Assembly: GCA_000934665.2 (NCBI GenBank)
Contig: JYFJ02003482.1
Span: 1 to 40,969 of the forward strand
Source of the DNA: Catajapyx aquilonaris
Taxonomy: Eukaryota
DNA: 40,969 nucleotides
Direction: 5' to 3'
The notes below the pieces were generated by a model. That model searched no databases. It was not told where the DNA came from and saw nothing but the letters and a program-made list of their open reading frames with translations. Made by a program: the position numbers and the translations under genes. The stretch's first letter is position 1. Every line of letters begins with the position of its first letter. Below, piece by piece: positions 1 through 10,500 of this stretch.

Positions 1-70
1 GGGGGGGTTATTAATACAGAATAGTTTCTCCCATGCCCCCCCCAAATAGAAATACGTTCCGCCGCCGTTG
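1..70 (-). mobile_element. Possible terminus of a short interspersed DNA element cut by the window edge
   Basis: Minus strand CAACGGCGGCGGAACG...GGGGGGGGC resembles the CA-GGCG plus G-run termini common in arthropod MITEs; the other end is not visible. Confidence 0.25.
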
Positions 71-855
71 TTGGATGGATGTGATGATGAAGAAGAGGAT
101 GACTGATTTTTCGGCGCCAGTTTTTCTGATTCTTGCAAATGGTAAAGTAGCTTGTTATAGCATATCGGATAGGACCTATCGGCTTATTTATTCTAAAGGG
201 AGACAAATACGTAATTTATATTATTCGTAGCTCTATTGCCTGAGACAAGAAACCCAATGCGCAACTAACAGCAACTCGCAGGCAGCAGGACAGGGGGGAA
301 CGGGGGACTTGCGCCGGTACGGTGCCATCCGCCTTGGCCGAGTAGAGCGGCACTATACGCGTGCGCCGCGACATCTGTTCACGTTTCGACGAAAATATCC
401 ATAACCGTTCATCACAAAGAGATCATTGACATACCATTCGAAAGCCGAAGGTGTGCACTCCAACTTTGGTTCCTGCCATTTTGTCCATATTAGAGACGGT
501 TTTCAAGCAGTGCGTAAAGTGTACACTTTCGATATATGTACTGCAAGTATACAGTATATGGGATTTATAAGTTCACTTGACGTCAACTATGATATTTGTA
601 ATTCACATGCAGTTCCTCCCTGACCATTTTTGGCACCATTGGAGGACACAGGTATTCCTGTGATTTTGTGACTTACGCACTTGTTGCTCAAAAAAACTAT
701 GACGCCGACGCCTCAGAGGTGGGGACTTTCGGGATGTAGCTCCTACGGTACCAAAGTACATTTGTGCCAAAAATCAAAACTACCTTATTTACCATTTCAA
801 GGTTTACCTTAAAATTTGCTTATAATGCCTGGGCTATAATGGGTGTATAGCTTAC

Positions 856-1056
856 CCCGAGTGCTTGATGACCATGAACGCTTGCGTCAGCTTCCCTTCA
901 AGCAGGTGCTGGCTCTCCTCTGAGTACACGTAGACGGAGTTGTTCCCTATGAACTTTGCGCACGTCTCTCCTTTGTACTGCTGGCACACTCCTTCTCCCA
1001 GCGCTGGCGGAGTCAGCTTGGGTCCAGGCGGCGGCATCCCCTCAAGGTGCGGCATG
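856..1056 (-). CDS. Ror: Ror coding exon 5: N-terminal part of the Frizzled-like cysteine-rich (Wnt-binding) domain
   Basis: EGVCQQYKGETCAKFIGNNSVYV...QHLLEGKLTQAFMVIKHS matches the ROR CRD start ([22 protein letters not shown]...IENQITAAFTMI). Acceptor gtggtttcag|C, donor TCGGG|GTAAG; 201 nt, phase 2 to 2. Confidence 0.96.
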
Positions 1057-1688
1057 CTGAAACCACAAAACAATGCATGATCCGTTGCAACTCAACACCT
1101 TGGGAATGTACCGGTCCTGGTGCTGTCCCAGTGCGACCGTGACGAAGAGGACTAGCAGATGGCACATCGTTGCAGACTAGACACACTGGCCTGGAAGCAG
1201 GGTCGGACTAGGGCAGGCGACTGACTGAGTCGAGATGAAGAAGAGGCGTCCCTACCCAATGCGCCTGTCCGACCGCTTCCAGGCAGACGCCATTTTGAAC
1301 CCACCCAGCCAGCCACACATCCAAAGAGGGATCATCCTCGTCGATTATTATTCGGGACAAAAGTTCCAGTGCTGCCGACGCAAATCGAAGTGGCCGGGCA
1401 GCCCGGATCCTGCTGCCGTCTGGCGGACCACTGGGGGACTCGGATACGGTAGGCGATAGAAGTGTCGTAGGCTGTATCCGATTCGTGCTAATTGTGACAG
1501 TATAACGAGGCTGTGCACATAAAGTGATCTGAAGCCCCTGGATGCGAAAATAGGATTGTTTACTTTGAAACGGATGCTGGGCACGTGTGATCCAATAGTG
1601 CTATTGTTAGAATTGGCTGATTTGTATCGGAGGGACAGGTGGGAGTCACACATTTCAAAGGCATATATGTTGGGGGTTTACAGTATTC

Positions 1689-1729
1689 AAAACATCAGAG
1701 TACAGGGATTCCCTGTACTCTGAAAACAT
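1689..1729. repeat. 27-bp perfect palindrome flanked by a 7-bp direct repeat (minimal transposon or footprint)
   Basis: AAAACAT-[CAGAGTACAGGGA-T-TCCCTGTACTCTG]-AAAACAT. Confidence 0.8.
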
Positions 1730-3122
1730 CACTCTGATGATGCCAGAATGCGCGTCGTATGTACATCTTTTCATGTTAATGTCAGATTTGTGATCCCCCA
1801 GACGGCCCCGGGACTTCCCTCATCCCAAAATTACCTTCAGCTGGGGGTCTGTCAGAATATGGTCAGATCCGTCGGTCAAACTTGAGAGCAACAGACAATG
1901 TAATTAGGCCTGCTCTGACCATAACAACAGCTGCGTACAACTCATCATAAATTCCTGACTAAAATTATTATCCTCTCGGTCTTCTGACAGAATCGGGAAT
2001 TAGTGTGGACACACGTTCGAGGACAGAATCGCGTGTCGGTAAGTCAAACTGCATCGCGGTACTCCCATAATATAGTGTAGGCTATATTATTCCCACATCT
2101 TGTGTTATAGCGCCTTCCACTATATACACCAAACTGCAATCTGATACTAGGGAATTCTGCGCAATTATACGCCTACGATCGCCCTGGAAAGTCAGCTGGG
2201 AGTCGTATACTGTCCTCAATTTCCAGCCTAGTCGTGAGTACAAAATTGGCCCAATTTTGTCCTTAAAAAGACCGCTTAATTATCCGCCCCGAAGGTAAAA
2301 AGGGAATCAAAATTTCATTCACTTCCAAATACAAATCCCTGGACATCCAGCAATTTACCAATTACTCAAGAGTGCAAAAAAAATGTCCGCTGATTGATCT
2401 GTGAACCACCCTGATTCTCAATACAGGTTGATTAAAATAGTTTTTTTTTTGTAGTTTTATGCAGGTTAAGGGTATGACTAGGATCAGCACACGAGTGTTC
2501 TGCTCAACGTGTCCAGGAGTCTTAATGAACTTCCTCCCTTGTGCTGGGTCACAGAGCTAACCTTGCTTGCCAGCAGCCAGAGACGAAGACCGCCACCACA
2601 CCCCCAAAAAATACGAAGGTCTGTGTCTTCCATCACAGGTGAAGCAACATCTGAAGACAAATAATAATAATTCAATTCATTCGTTGCCAGTAACTTATAG
2701 GGAGAGTCATGCTCCAGACAATGCTCCAAATCTAACAAACAATATTGTAATCAGCTTGTTCCGATTCCGACTGCATCTTTGGTAGTCGGGTCGGGTGTCG
2801 GTGGCTGGGATCGCAGGTACTTAATGCGAGAAGCTACTAAGCCCAGGCATAATTGGTGTCCAATAAAGTCAGAATCAGAGTCCACCTGCACATGTTGCCT
2901 GGGCCCCCCGTCTCCCTAGGCCTGGAGAGAGGAAATTCGGTGGAAGCGGAAGACCGCGCTGAATATTTGATGTGCTTAATGAGACCATCTCTCTCCCTCC
3001 TAAAATGGAGATGAACCGACCCCACATCCCCCCTCCCCGCTCTCTGCCGACCCCGTACATATATAAATATAACATAGGTATATGCATGCAAAAAAAAAAA
3101 AAAATGTTGGAGAAAATCTTAC

Positions 3123-3195
3123 CTGCCTGTGAGGCCTGGGAAATTGGCAAAGACTGGCGGAAAGTTCGGAATCGTCGCTGGAGGGTGGATGCGGC
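3123..3195 (-). CDS. Ror: Ror coding exon 4: Pro-rich Ig-CRD linker (G)RIHPPATIPNFPPVFANFPGLTG(S)
   Basis: Acceptor ccattttccag|GC, donor GCAG|GTAAGA; 73 nt, phase 1 to 2, exactly the phase change needed to join the Ig exon to the CRD exon. This frame is absent from the ORF track. Confidence 0.88.
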
Positions 3196-3912
3196 CTGGA
3201 AAATGGACCAAAATGCTATTACATTAGCGTCTAAACGAGATCCATAGGTCAAAAAATATCTGGCATGATAGGAAAGTGAGAAGCGAGGCTTCGAGGGGCA
3301 TGAACCCCGGACTTCCCTAGACCTTTTTGCGCTATTAAGCTAGAATTATGTGGTGTATTGAACGCATCCCTGCCGATCTGACATGGCTTAATTTCCATTA
3401 AACAAAGCTACACACATGGGGATAATTGGCAGGATAGTGTTACACTGTCTATTGACACATTAACGCTCATTAATCTGCTGGCCATTAACGAATATCTACC
3501 GGGCCGAAATGACAGTGACCTGTTTATACCCCATCCGTTTAGCCATTTGAAAACAACCTTTCACTTTTTCTTGACCAGGTTTAATCTCTTACCACTGTAA
3601 TTTAATATGCCTTTAAAACTAAAATTAGACTAATTTTATACACGTTATATTTTAAATTATTGTGCTGTTTAGTTTGTCTGTATGTATAAAGTGTAAAGTC
3701 CTTCAGGATGTCTATCCAGAGAAGTGGGAGGAGACAATCATGCCTTGTGACGTCATGCAGCCAATCGTGGGGCCCAGGACGTGACCCATAAATATCGATA
3801 CGTCGTATAAGGTAATATCGATATAATCGTGGATTGCTTTTAAAATTATGGTGGGCTAGAAAGATATCATCAGAAAATATCAACAAAAAAATGTTTTAAA
3901 AATTGTCCTTAC

Positions 3913-4331
3913 CCCATCTGGCCATCTTGACCACCAGAATCCCTGTTGATTCAATCCTCCTGAACCCATTGGCGACCTCGCATCTGTAGTAGCCGGTGTC
4001 GTGCGTGTCCAGGTCAGCAATCCTGAGCCTGGACCCTTGAGATGCCCCGCTGCCGTACTTCCGAATCACAACCCGACCTTTCTCCTCCAGCATAGGAGCC
4101 TCGTTCTTGAACCAACGGAACCTAATTGGCGGTGGTTCGCCAACAGCCTCGCATCTCAGCTTCACTGCCTGACCCGCCTCTTTGCTCACGTTGTTCAACG
4201 AACGTTGAAATCGAAGGTAGCCTGAAACCAACCTCACGTCAGACCAAATCCCTCTTTTGGGGCACGACACGTCCGTACCTGGCTTTCCTGGACGACTGCT
4301 CATTGTGGTCGACACAGCCTCCAGCTGGCTT
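3913..4331 (-). CDS. Ror: Ror coding exon 3: immunoglobulin I-set domain
   Basis: Translation includes VKLRCEAVGEPPPIRFRWFKNEAP...GSRLRIADLDTHDTGYYRCEVANG...ESTGILVVK, closely resembling the ROR Ig domain (WFKNDAP, GSRLRIRNLDTTDTGY, STGVLFVK). Acceptor gatttccag|A, donor TGGG|GTAAG; 419 nt, phase 2 to 1. Confidence 0.96.
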
Positions 4332-4404
4332 CTGGAAATCAAGAAGTGACAATGGTCATTCAAAAAATAAATAATGTTTTTACAAATTATAGATAGAAAC
4401 TCAC

Positions 4405-4552
4405 ATGTTGCTGCTGGAGGTTGTGGTGAGCGTGGTTGTGGTTGTGGCTGTGGCGACAGGATCGTCAGTGTCCTCGTACTCGTAGCCTTCATCGTAGTCG
4501 TCGATGTTGGCTGCTGCGTCTCCCGGATGTGGCAGAAGCCCCTGGGCCCACA
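4405..4552 (-). CDS. Ror: Ror coding exon 2: (L)WAQGLLPHPGDAAANIDDYDEGYEYEDTDDPVATATTTTTLTTTSSSN(I)
   Basis: Acceptor cttttgcag|TG, donor AACAT|GTGAGT; 148 nt, phase 1 to 2. A 73-nt intron (4332-4404) joins it in frame to the Ig exon. Confidence 0.85.
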
Positions 4553-7500
4553 CTGCAAAAGCCAAGAGGCAGCGCAAAGTGATAATTAATTTCTCCATCA
4601 AAGCCATCAGATCATACACTAAAAAGATAGTTTCTCCAGACCCGCCCGATGGGAAAATGGAGTTTGAATAGCTGATTAGCGAGACCACCTGTTCCGGTAA
4701 CCCCTAGAGGCATTTGGTAAAGGGTGGGGTCCAAAATGGAGCCTCAAGAAGCAATGTAAGTTAATCAACTCTTGTAAAAGCGTAGGCACGTTGAAGAATA
4801 ATCCACTTTCGAAAGTTGGGTCAACTTGTGGCCTTTCCAGAAAACTTTTGGAGACAAACTGATGCCGGAAGAAATCATTTTCTTGCCCTTCCATGTCATC
4901 GAGTTAGAAAATTTCTGACATGCCCTGAGGAAATGAAGAATAATAGGCTCGTTCTTGCAAACGGCGCCCAATTATTCGGGCGCCGGTAAACTCAAAACAG
5001 GACATTTCAGGAAATTTTTCTGTATGCAAAAAAAAAACTATTCCGGGGTGTTATGGATGGCAATCCGGGACACTCCCAACTTTTTTTAGAATCCGGACTT
5101 TAGGATGGAAGGTATGGTCGATATTCCCTTTAATCCTCATCCATCAGGGACAAAAACAGCCGACTTGTTTACCCGTTGGAAAAAAAAGGGGAGCAAAATG
5201 CCTTACATTTCCCCACACAACCCTTTTCCTCACCAACTTTATTTCGCAGCCAGAAGGAAAAAGGAAAAAGAAATATGTGGGCCATCGGTCCCGTCCAGCC
5301 AAGGGAATTTCATTCGCTCGACTTATCCTGAGGATTTTTCTCTAGGTTTTCTGGACTGATTGGACCCAAGGAGCGCAGAGCATGACGCCAGGGTTAAAAT
5401 AGAGAGAAATATAGAATGATGGAGAGAGAGAAAAAATAGAATGATGGAGAGAAAAAATGTGGACGACTGGTGGACTCCAGTTTTTTTGTTAGATTGATCT
5501 GTTTCTGAGGTATTGACCAATTATCGAGCTTTCTTGGATTGGTCTTCTGGTTTCATTCCGGTTGATGTGACGTCGGTTCCACTTTTTTTCTCTCTTTGAT
5601 AAGTGGAGCCACTTTTAGGCGCGGGTCGGACGCGACTGAATGCGAATCGACAGGCGCATTGCGGAAATCGCTTGGGAGTCAACAATGTCACATTTCCGAC
5701 GACTGAAAAATCCACTTTGCTCCAATTCGATTCTCTCTCGCTATTTTTTGTTAAAGCGGACAATCCATGTCAAAAGTGTGGCATCAAACTTTAATGCGTT
5801 CTCTTAAAATGGCACAGGACCAATGATCTTTTTTAAATAAAAAAGTATGCCCAGAGTATACTGTAGGCTACAATGCAGAAAACTAAATCCCATAGATGTA
5901 CGAGTACTTGATTTAAAAAACATATTGCCCTAAAAAGTCAGACATTGGAACTATTGGAATTTCATATGCGACTATCACGTTTGTTATTTTGGAATAATAG
6001 CCTACAAGGTTGGTGTAAAAGTTTTAAAGGTGTGTTTTTGGGTTTACCTGCATTGTGTTTGCATCTACACGTAGGCAACAACTGACGTTTCAATTACAAA
6101 ATCATATCATGAGTATCAGATATTGTTGAAATGTGACATTGGAATCCCGCCTGCTGCTGGTCACATCCAATCATTGTGGCTGATATGTCGAATTTGTGTT
6201 CCTAATTGCAGATATTGGAGTAATTAGTTTACATCAATGACCAGCAGCATGGTCACATTATTGTAATCAGACCTTCAATTATCGAGTATTCGTTATGGTA
6301 ATAACGGAAGAAAAAGTCTAAGAGATCCATCTTCTGATTGGCACCTTGTTTCCACTATTTACCTGCATGCCCTATGCACTTGACGCAACTTCTTGTAATC
6401 TTGGTAATAAAAGTCATCCAATGAACCCACGGTGAAAAAGTAACTGCCCGCAAATCCCTACCGGTTCATAGCAAACCTCTCTAACGGGAATTCCATTTGG
6501 ACCTCCCCAGTTCTTCCTATAGTCAAGCCACCAGCATCCGCATTGACACTATCATCAAGATAAACAGATCCGAGCCTACAAGAAAGAGATCGTCCGTCTC
6601 CCTTTACGGCAATCCAGTTCTACTCTCGTGTCCAAGAATAGGAAGGGGGGAGAAAGAAAACAAGCCATTGGGAGTTGCTACCAATATAAGGCAAACCAAC
6701 TCCACTTCCTACACAGGAACCGAGGAAAATACAATTTTCCCCTCGCAAAGTGTCTGCAGCGATAGGATCTTAGCCTGACAACCGGGAGCCAAATGGAGGG
6801 GCCATCCTTGCTAAAGCAATTGGGCAAAATCAGACCAACGAACGGCAAGGAGGAGGAGGAGGGGTTGAGCCATATATCTTCTAGATAAGTCCAGACTCAT
6901 CTCGAGTCATGGATGCCCCCCGAATCCATATCGGCGGACCATTGATGATCAGGGTCGCCCTCGAGAGGCTGATTCCTATGCAAATGTGGTGAGGGCGTGA
7001 AAGTAACGCACCTTCACCCCCATGTTGGACAAATGAGTCATCCCTGTAGTCTCCGGGGGTTGAGGGATGAGCATGACGGGATAGAGGATGGCTGCCAATC
7101 CGGGGATGGACTGCCGCTTCCCTCCGGCTGCCACGTCCATCTTCTCCAGGATGGTCTATTGGATCGAGTGTCTCACCAAAATATTTATGCATCGGCCCCC
7201 TTCCTGAATCGATACGGGCGGTGTAAAACTGATAGCAAAATCGTCTGATCGGGAACAAAAATGGTCATAAACTTAATGTGAACATCCTGGCTAGGTCTTG
7301 AACAAAATAGTGTTTAAATGGGGGCTGAATTTCGGCAACGTTGGAGCCAAAATGCTATTCAGAAAGATGGGCTGACTTCTTGGAGAAACGCAGTTTAGCA
7401 GAAGGGGCATCATTACCTGCGTTGGTTGCCTGGTGTAAATGGAATCTGGGAAACTTCCGTACATAATTTTGACGTACAGCATGGAAAATGGTCTACTATA

Positions 7501-10500
7501 CGCTAACGAGACCGCTAAGCAGTTTAGAACTTTTGTTATTGGCACACCTTTTTTTCCACCCCTCCTCAACAATGCAAATATATTGTCACACCCTAATCCG
7601 TTTCATTTTCGCTACACACTCTGTTATAAAATCCTGCAAATATTGACCCCGAAATGGGCAACAATCAAAAAAAAAACAGCCCAGCTTTTTGTCGGAGGCA
7701 AACAAAAATTAATTTGAAACATGCTGTATTGGCCCTCTTCCTGCATCATGCTGGCCATTAAACCCATGTGCACCCCTTCCCTACATGACCAACACACATA
7801 CAGATGCGAGGGACCCCACGTCATGGAAAACAAGTGCGTTTGTTTGCCAGATGGGAAGGGACCCAGATGGGGAAAACGACACCCAGTTTTCCAGGGTGCT
7901 GGAAGTATTTTTTTCGGAAAAGGGGGAGGGGGATGAAGAGGGCGGGGGGATGAGCTTTTGTTAATTTTTCACTCCTCGTTGGCGTCAAGTGCAGAGTACT
8001 TGGTTGAGAGGTGGCAACAGCGCTTGTCATGGTGTCACCGAAAAGATGTCACGGAAAGTGACGTGGCTTACAGTGTTTTTTAGCCCCTCTCGTGGAGTCT
8101 CCCCCTATAGTGTCCGATGATTCCTAATGATTTTTTCACCCCCTCTGCGCAAATATGAAATAATTTCGTCCACTACAGAAGGGAGGTATGGCTGTCACCA
8201 CGGATGATGAATGTGTTAATATCGGCTCCAGACACTTTTTTCCATATATTATTTCCCTGGTGAAACCACATGTGCGGCAAGGGGATACATATATTCAGCC
8301 TGAGAATCCATTGATAGTTACAGTGTTGATATCAGTACCGTACTAAATAATATTGTGTAATTTTGCAGATGCGTTCCCCTGAAATTCAATAATGGCTCTA
8401 AACTTGTTCACTAATTTATAGCCAATATTGACTTTCTGGGCAGAAACCGTTGTCGTTCAGTTTCGAAATGTTATAACTCGTTTAATTAACTCTTCTAATT
8501 ACATTTCGCTAAAAGCAGATTCGAATAAAAATCGATGGCCGGCCATCTTCCTTGGGACAAAAGTGATTAATGTAACATTAATAACCCAATTTCTACTTCC
8601 TGCTTTTCAGTTTTAATCCTCTCCCCTCAAATCCAATATTGCCTCCTTTTGTTCCACCTGCTGACATATCCATTTATCGTCCTTTAACAATCTTGTCAAT
8701 ACGAGACAACAATTCCCAATACCACGTAGGTCACGGATCAAAAAGGCAACACTGTAGGTGGTGACTAATAAGCCGATAAGGTATGGAAAGTGTGCAAGTG
8801 AGAGAGGGGTGGGGAATATACCTAACCCTGGAACCCCTTTTTGGTATATGAGAACAGGGGGAGATAAAATCAGTTGTTGGGGTGGAAAATACCCAACCCC
8901 AAACCCCCTCAGGTGGGTCGCATTTGGCGGATTACAATTTTCGCCAATTCTAGCCGCACCTTAAGTCGAGGACACAGCAAATGGATCAGATTACTCAAGT
9001 ATTTGCACGACAGGTGAATGGCGTGTGACCAAATAATAATGGCTTTGGGGAGACCCTATGACGCCATCAGTAGGATGGGCAACAAATTAACGTGGTCAAA
9101 AGGTGATTAGAGTCTAATTTATTCTTTCCATCAAAGCAGGCGCCGGATTTATTTATTCTGGCCACCCCTGGGGTATTAAGGGTTTAAATCCTGGGACTGT
9201 GGTCGTTATCTAATTGATGTCTCTCCCCTCCCTAGCTGTTTAAACATAATCGGCATAAGTCCCAGTCAGGATTATAGGAATTCACGCCCCGTTACACTCC
9301 TCGTTTAACTGTTTGTTGCTCGGATTTTGAAAAGCAACTGCTTTTTGGTTTTCCACCTTCACCCTCCCAATATTTCTGGCTTCAGACTTAAATGGACTTG
9401 CAGCCGAAATGTTCCCAGACTCTTGGAAACCCCCCAAATTCCCTCTTTCCGAATGGAGTCATCAGCCTCTAGATGTCTTTGGGGCCGAAACAGCATTTTC
9501 TTTTCCCCCAACTTCCACCCTATCCCCCCCAACAGCAACATCTTGAGGTCGGAGGATTTCCGGAAGATCGAGGCTGTTGGATTTCTTCCGGAGTTTTTGG
9601 CAATAGACTTGGGGAGAGATATCTGAGAGAGTGAACAAAAAATATATATGTTCGTCGACCCTTGACCTGATGATGGTCAGAGTCATGCTTTGACGCTTGC
9701 CAATTAAGCCAGCGGGATCCTCTCTAGGGGTCCAATTTGGCAGTGACTCGGATGAGTCAACGGGGCGATTCCCAGTTCGAAATTGTCCATTTCCAGTTCA
9801 GCCATGAAAAATCGCCGCTTATTGGTAATTTATGCGTGAGGAAAATGTGAGCGAGTCAGTGAGTGAAATGAATTGATGGACTGGCTTCAGTGTGGGGAAA
9901 TTTTGCGTTTTCCCAAAGTCAAGCTCGTGACTGTATTATGCATAATGAAAAATTATACTCGCACATGAAGAGAGTCTTCGAATAGTTATCGAAATTATCC
10001 TGGCTCAACTCACGTCAAGCAATATATTCAGAATTAGACTTGATTGCGAATTCACACACTATACTGCTTATCAAAATTTGATGTGCTGAGGAGCACTTCC
10101 CAGTAACTTTATAGTGAAAAATAATTTTATTTCAGCCGGCTGAGACTTTGAAGCGAATGTACTCATATTATTAGAGCGTGTTTTACCGTATGCATATGCA
10201 CATGTGTAGAGAATGTAACTGACTAACAGTGTAAGGTGTTTGCCCAATCCACTCTGTCCAATTGGGGGGAATGTGGACAGGTTGGATGGGCACGTTGCTG
10301 GGCAACATGAGGTGGACAGCTTTAATTCAAATGGGAGAACAATTCGCCTTGGAAACAAGGGGCCGTCGCAACACATTGCTGTAAGCGCATTATGCTGAAA
10401 AGCATCCTGTTTCACACCAAAGCAACATATTTCAGTTGACACCGCAGCGAAGCATGTGCGGCTCCAAAATGTATGACCTACTCGAAAAAGGGAGAAGTTC

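Noticed and set aside
241..380. GC-rich block examined as the next CRD exon
   Set aside because: I could not find the expected continuation of the CRD cysteine pattern; the next exon must be outside the window.
1235..1480. GC-rich stretch with several open frames
   Set aside because: No recognisable domain, and the frame compatible with a phase 2 acceptor hits a stop.
1835..1848. 14-nt micro-exon candidate (ctgacag|ACCCCCAGCTGAAG|gtaatt, minus strand)
   Set aside because: It lies in a phase 2 to 2 context and would shift the frame; the acceptor tract is weak.
2240..2260. Short palindromes ACAAAATTGG-C-CCAATTTTGT and 22219-22248
   Set aside because: Short or low-complexity, with no flanking duplication or context suggesting function.
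3896..4558. 220-aa ORF taken as a single CDS
   Set aside because: It reads exon 2 in the wrong frame and runs through the 73-nt intron; only 3913-4331 is the real coding frame.
6881..7258. 125-aa minus-strand ORF
   Set aside because: No family resemblance, no coherent splice sites, and overlapping ORFs on both strands.
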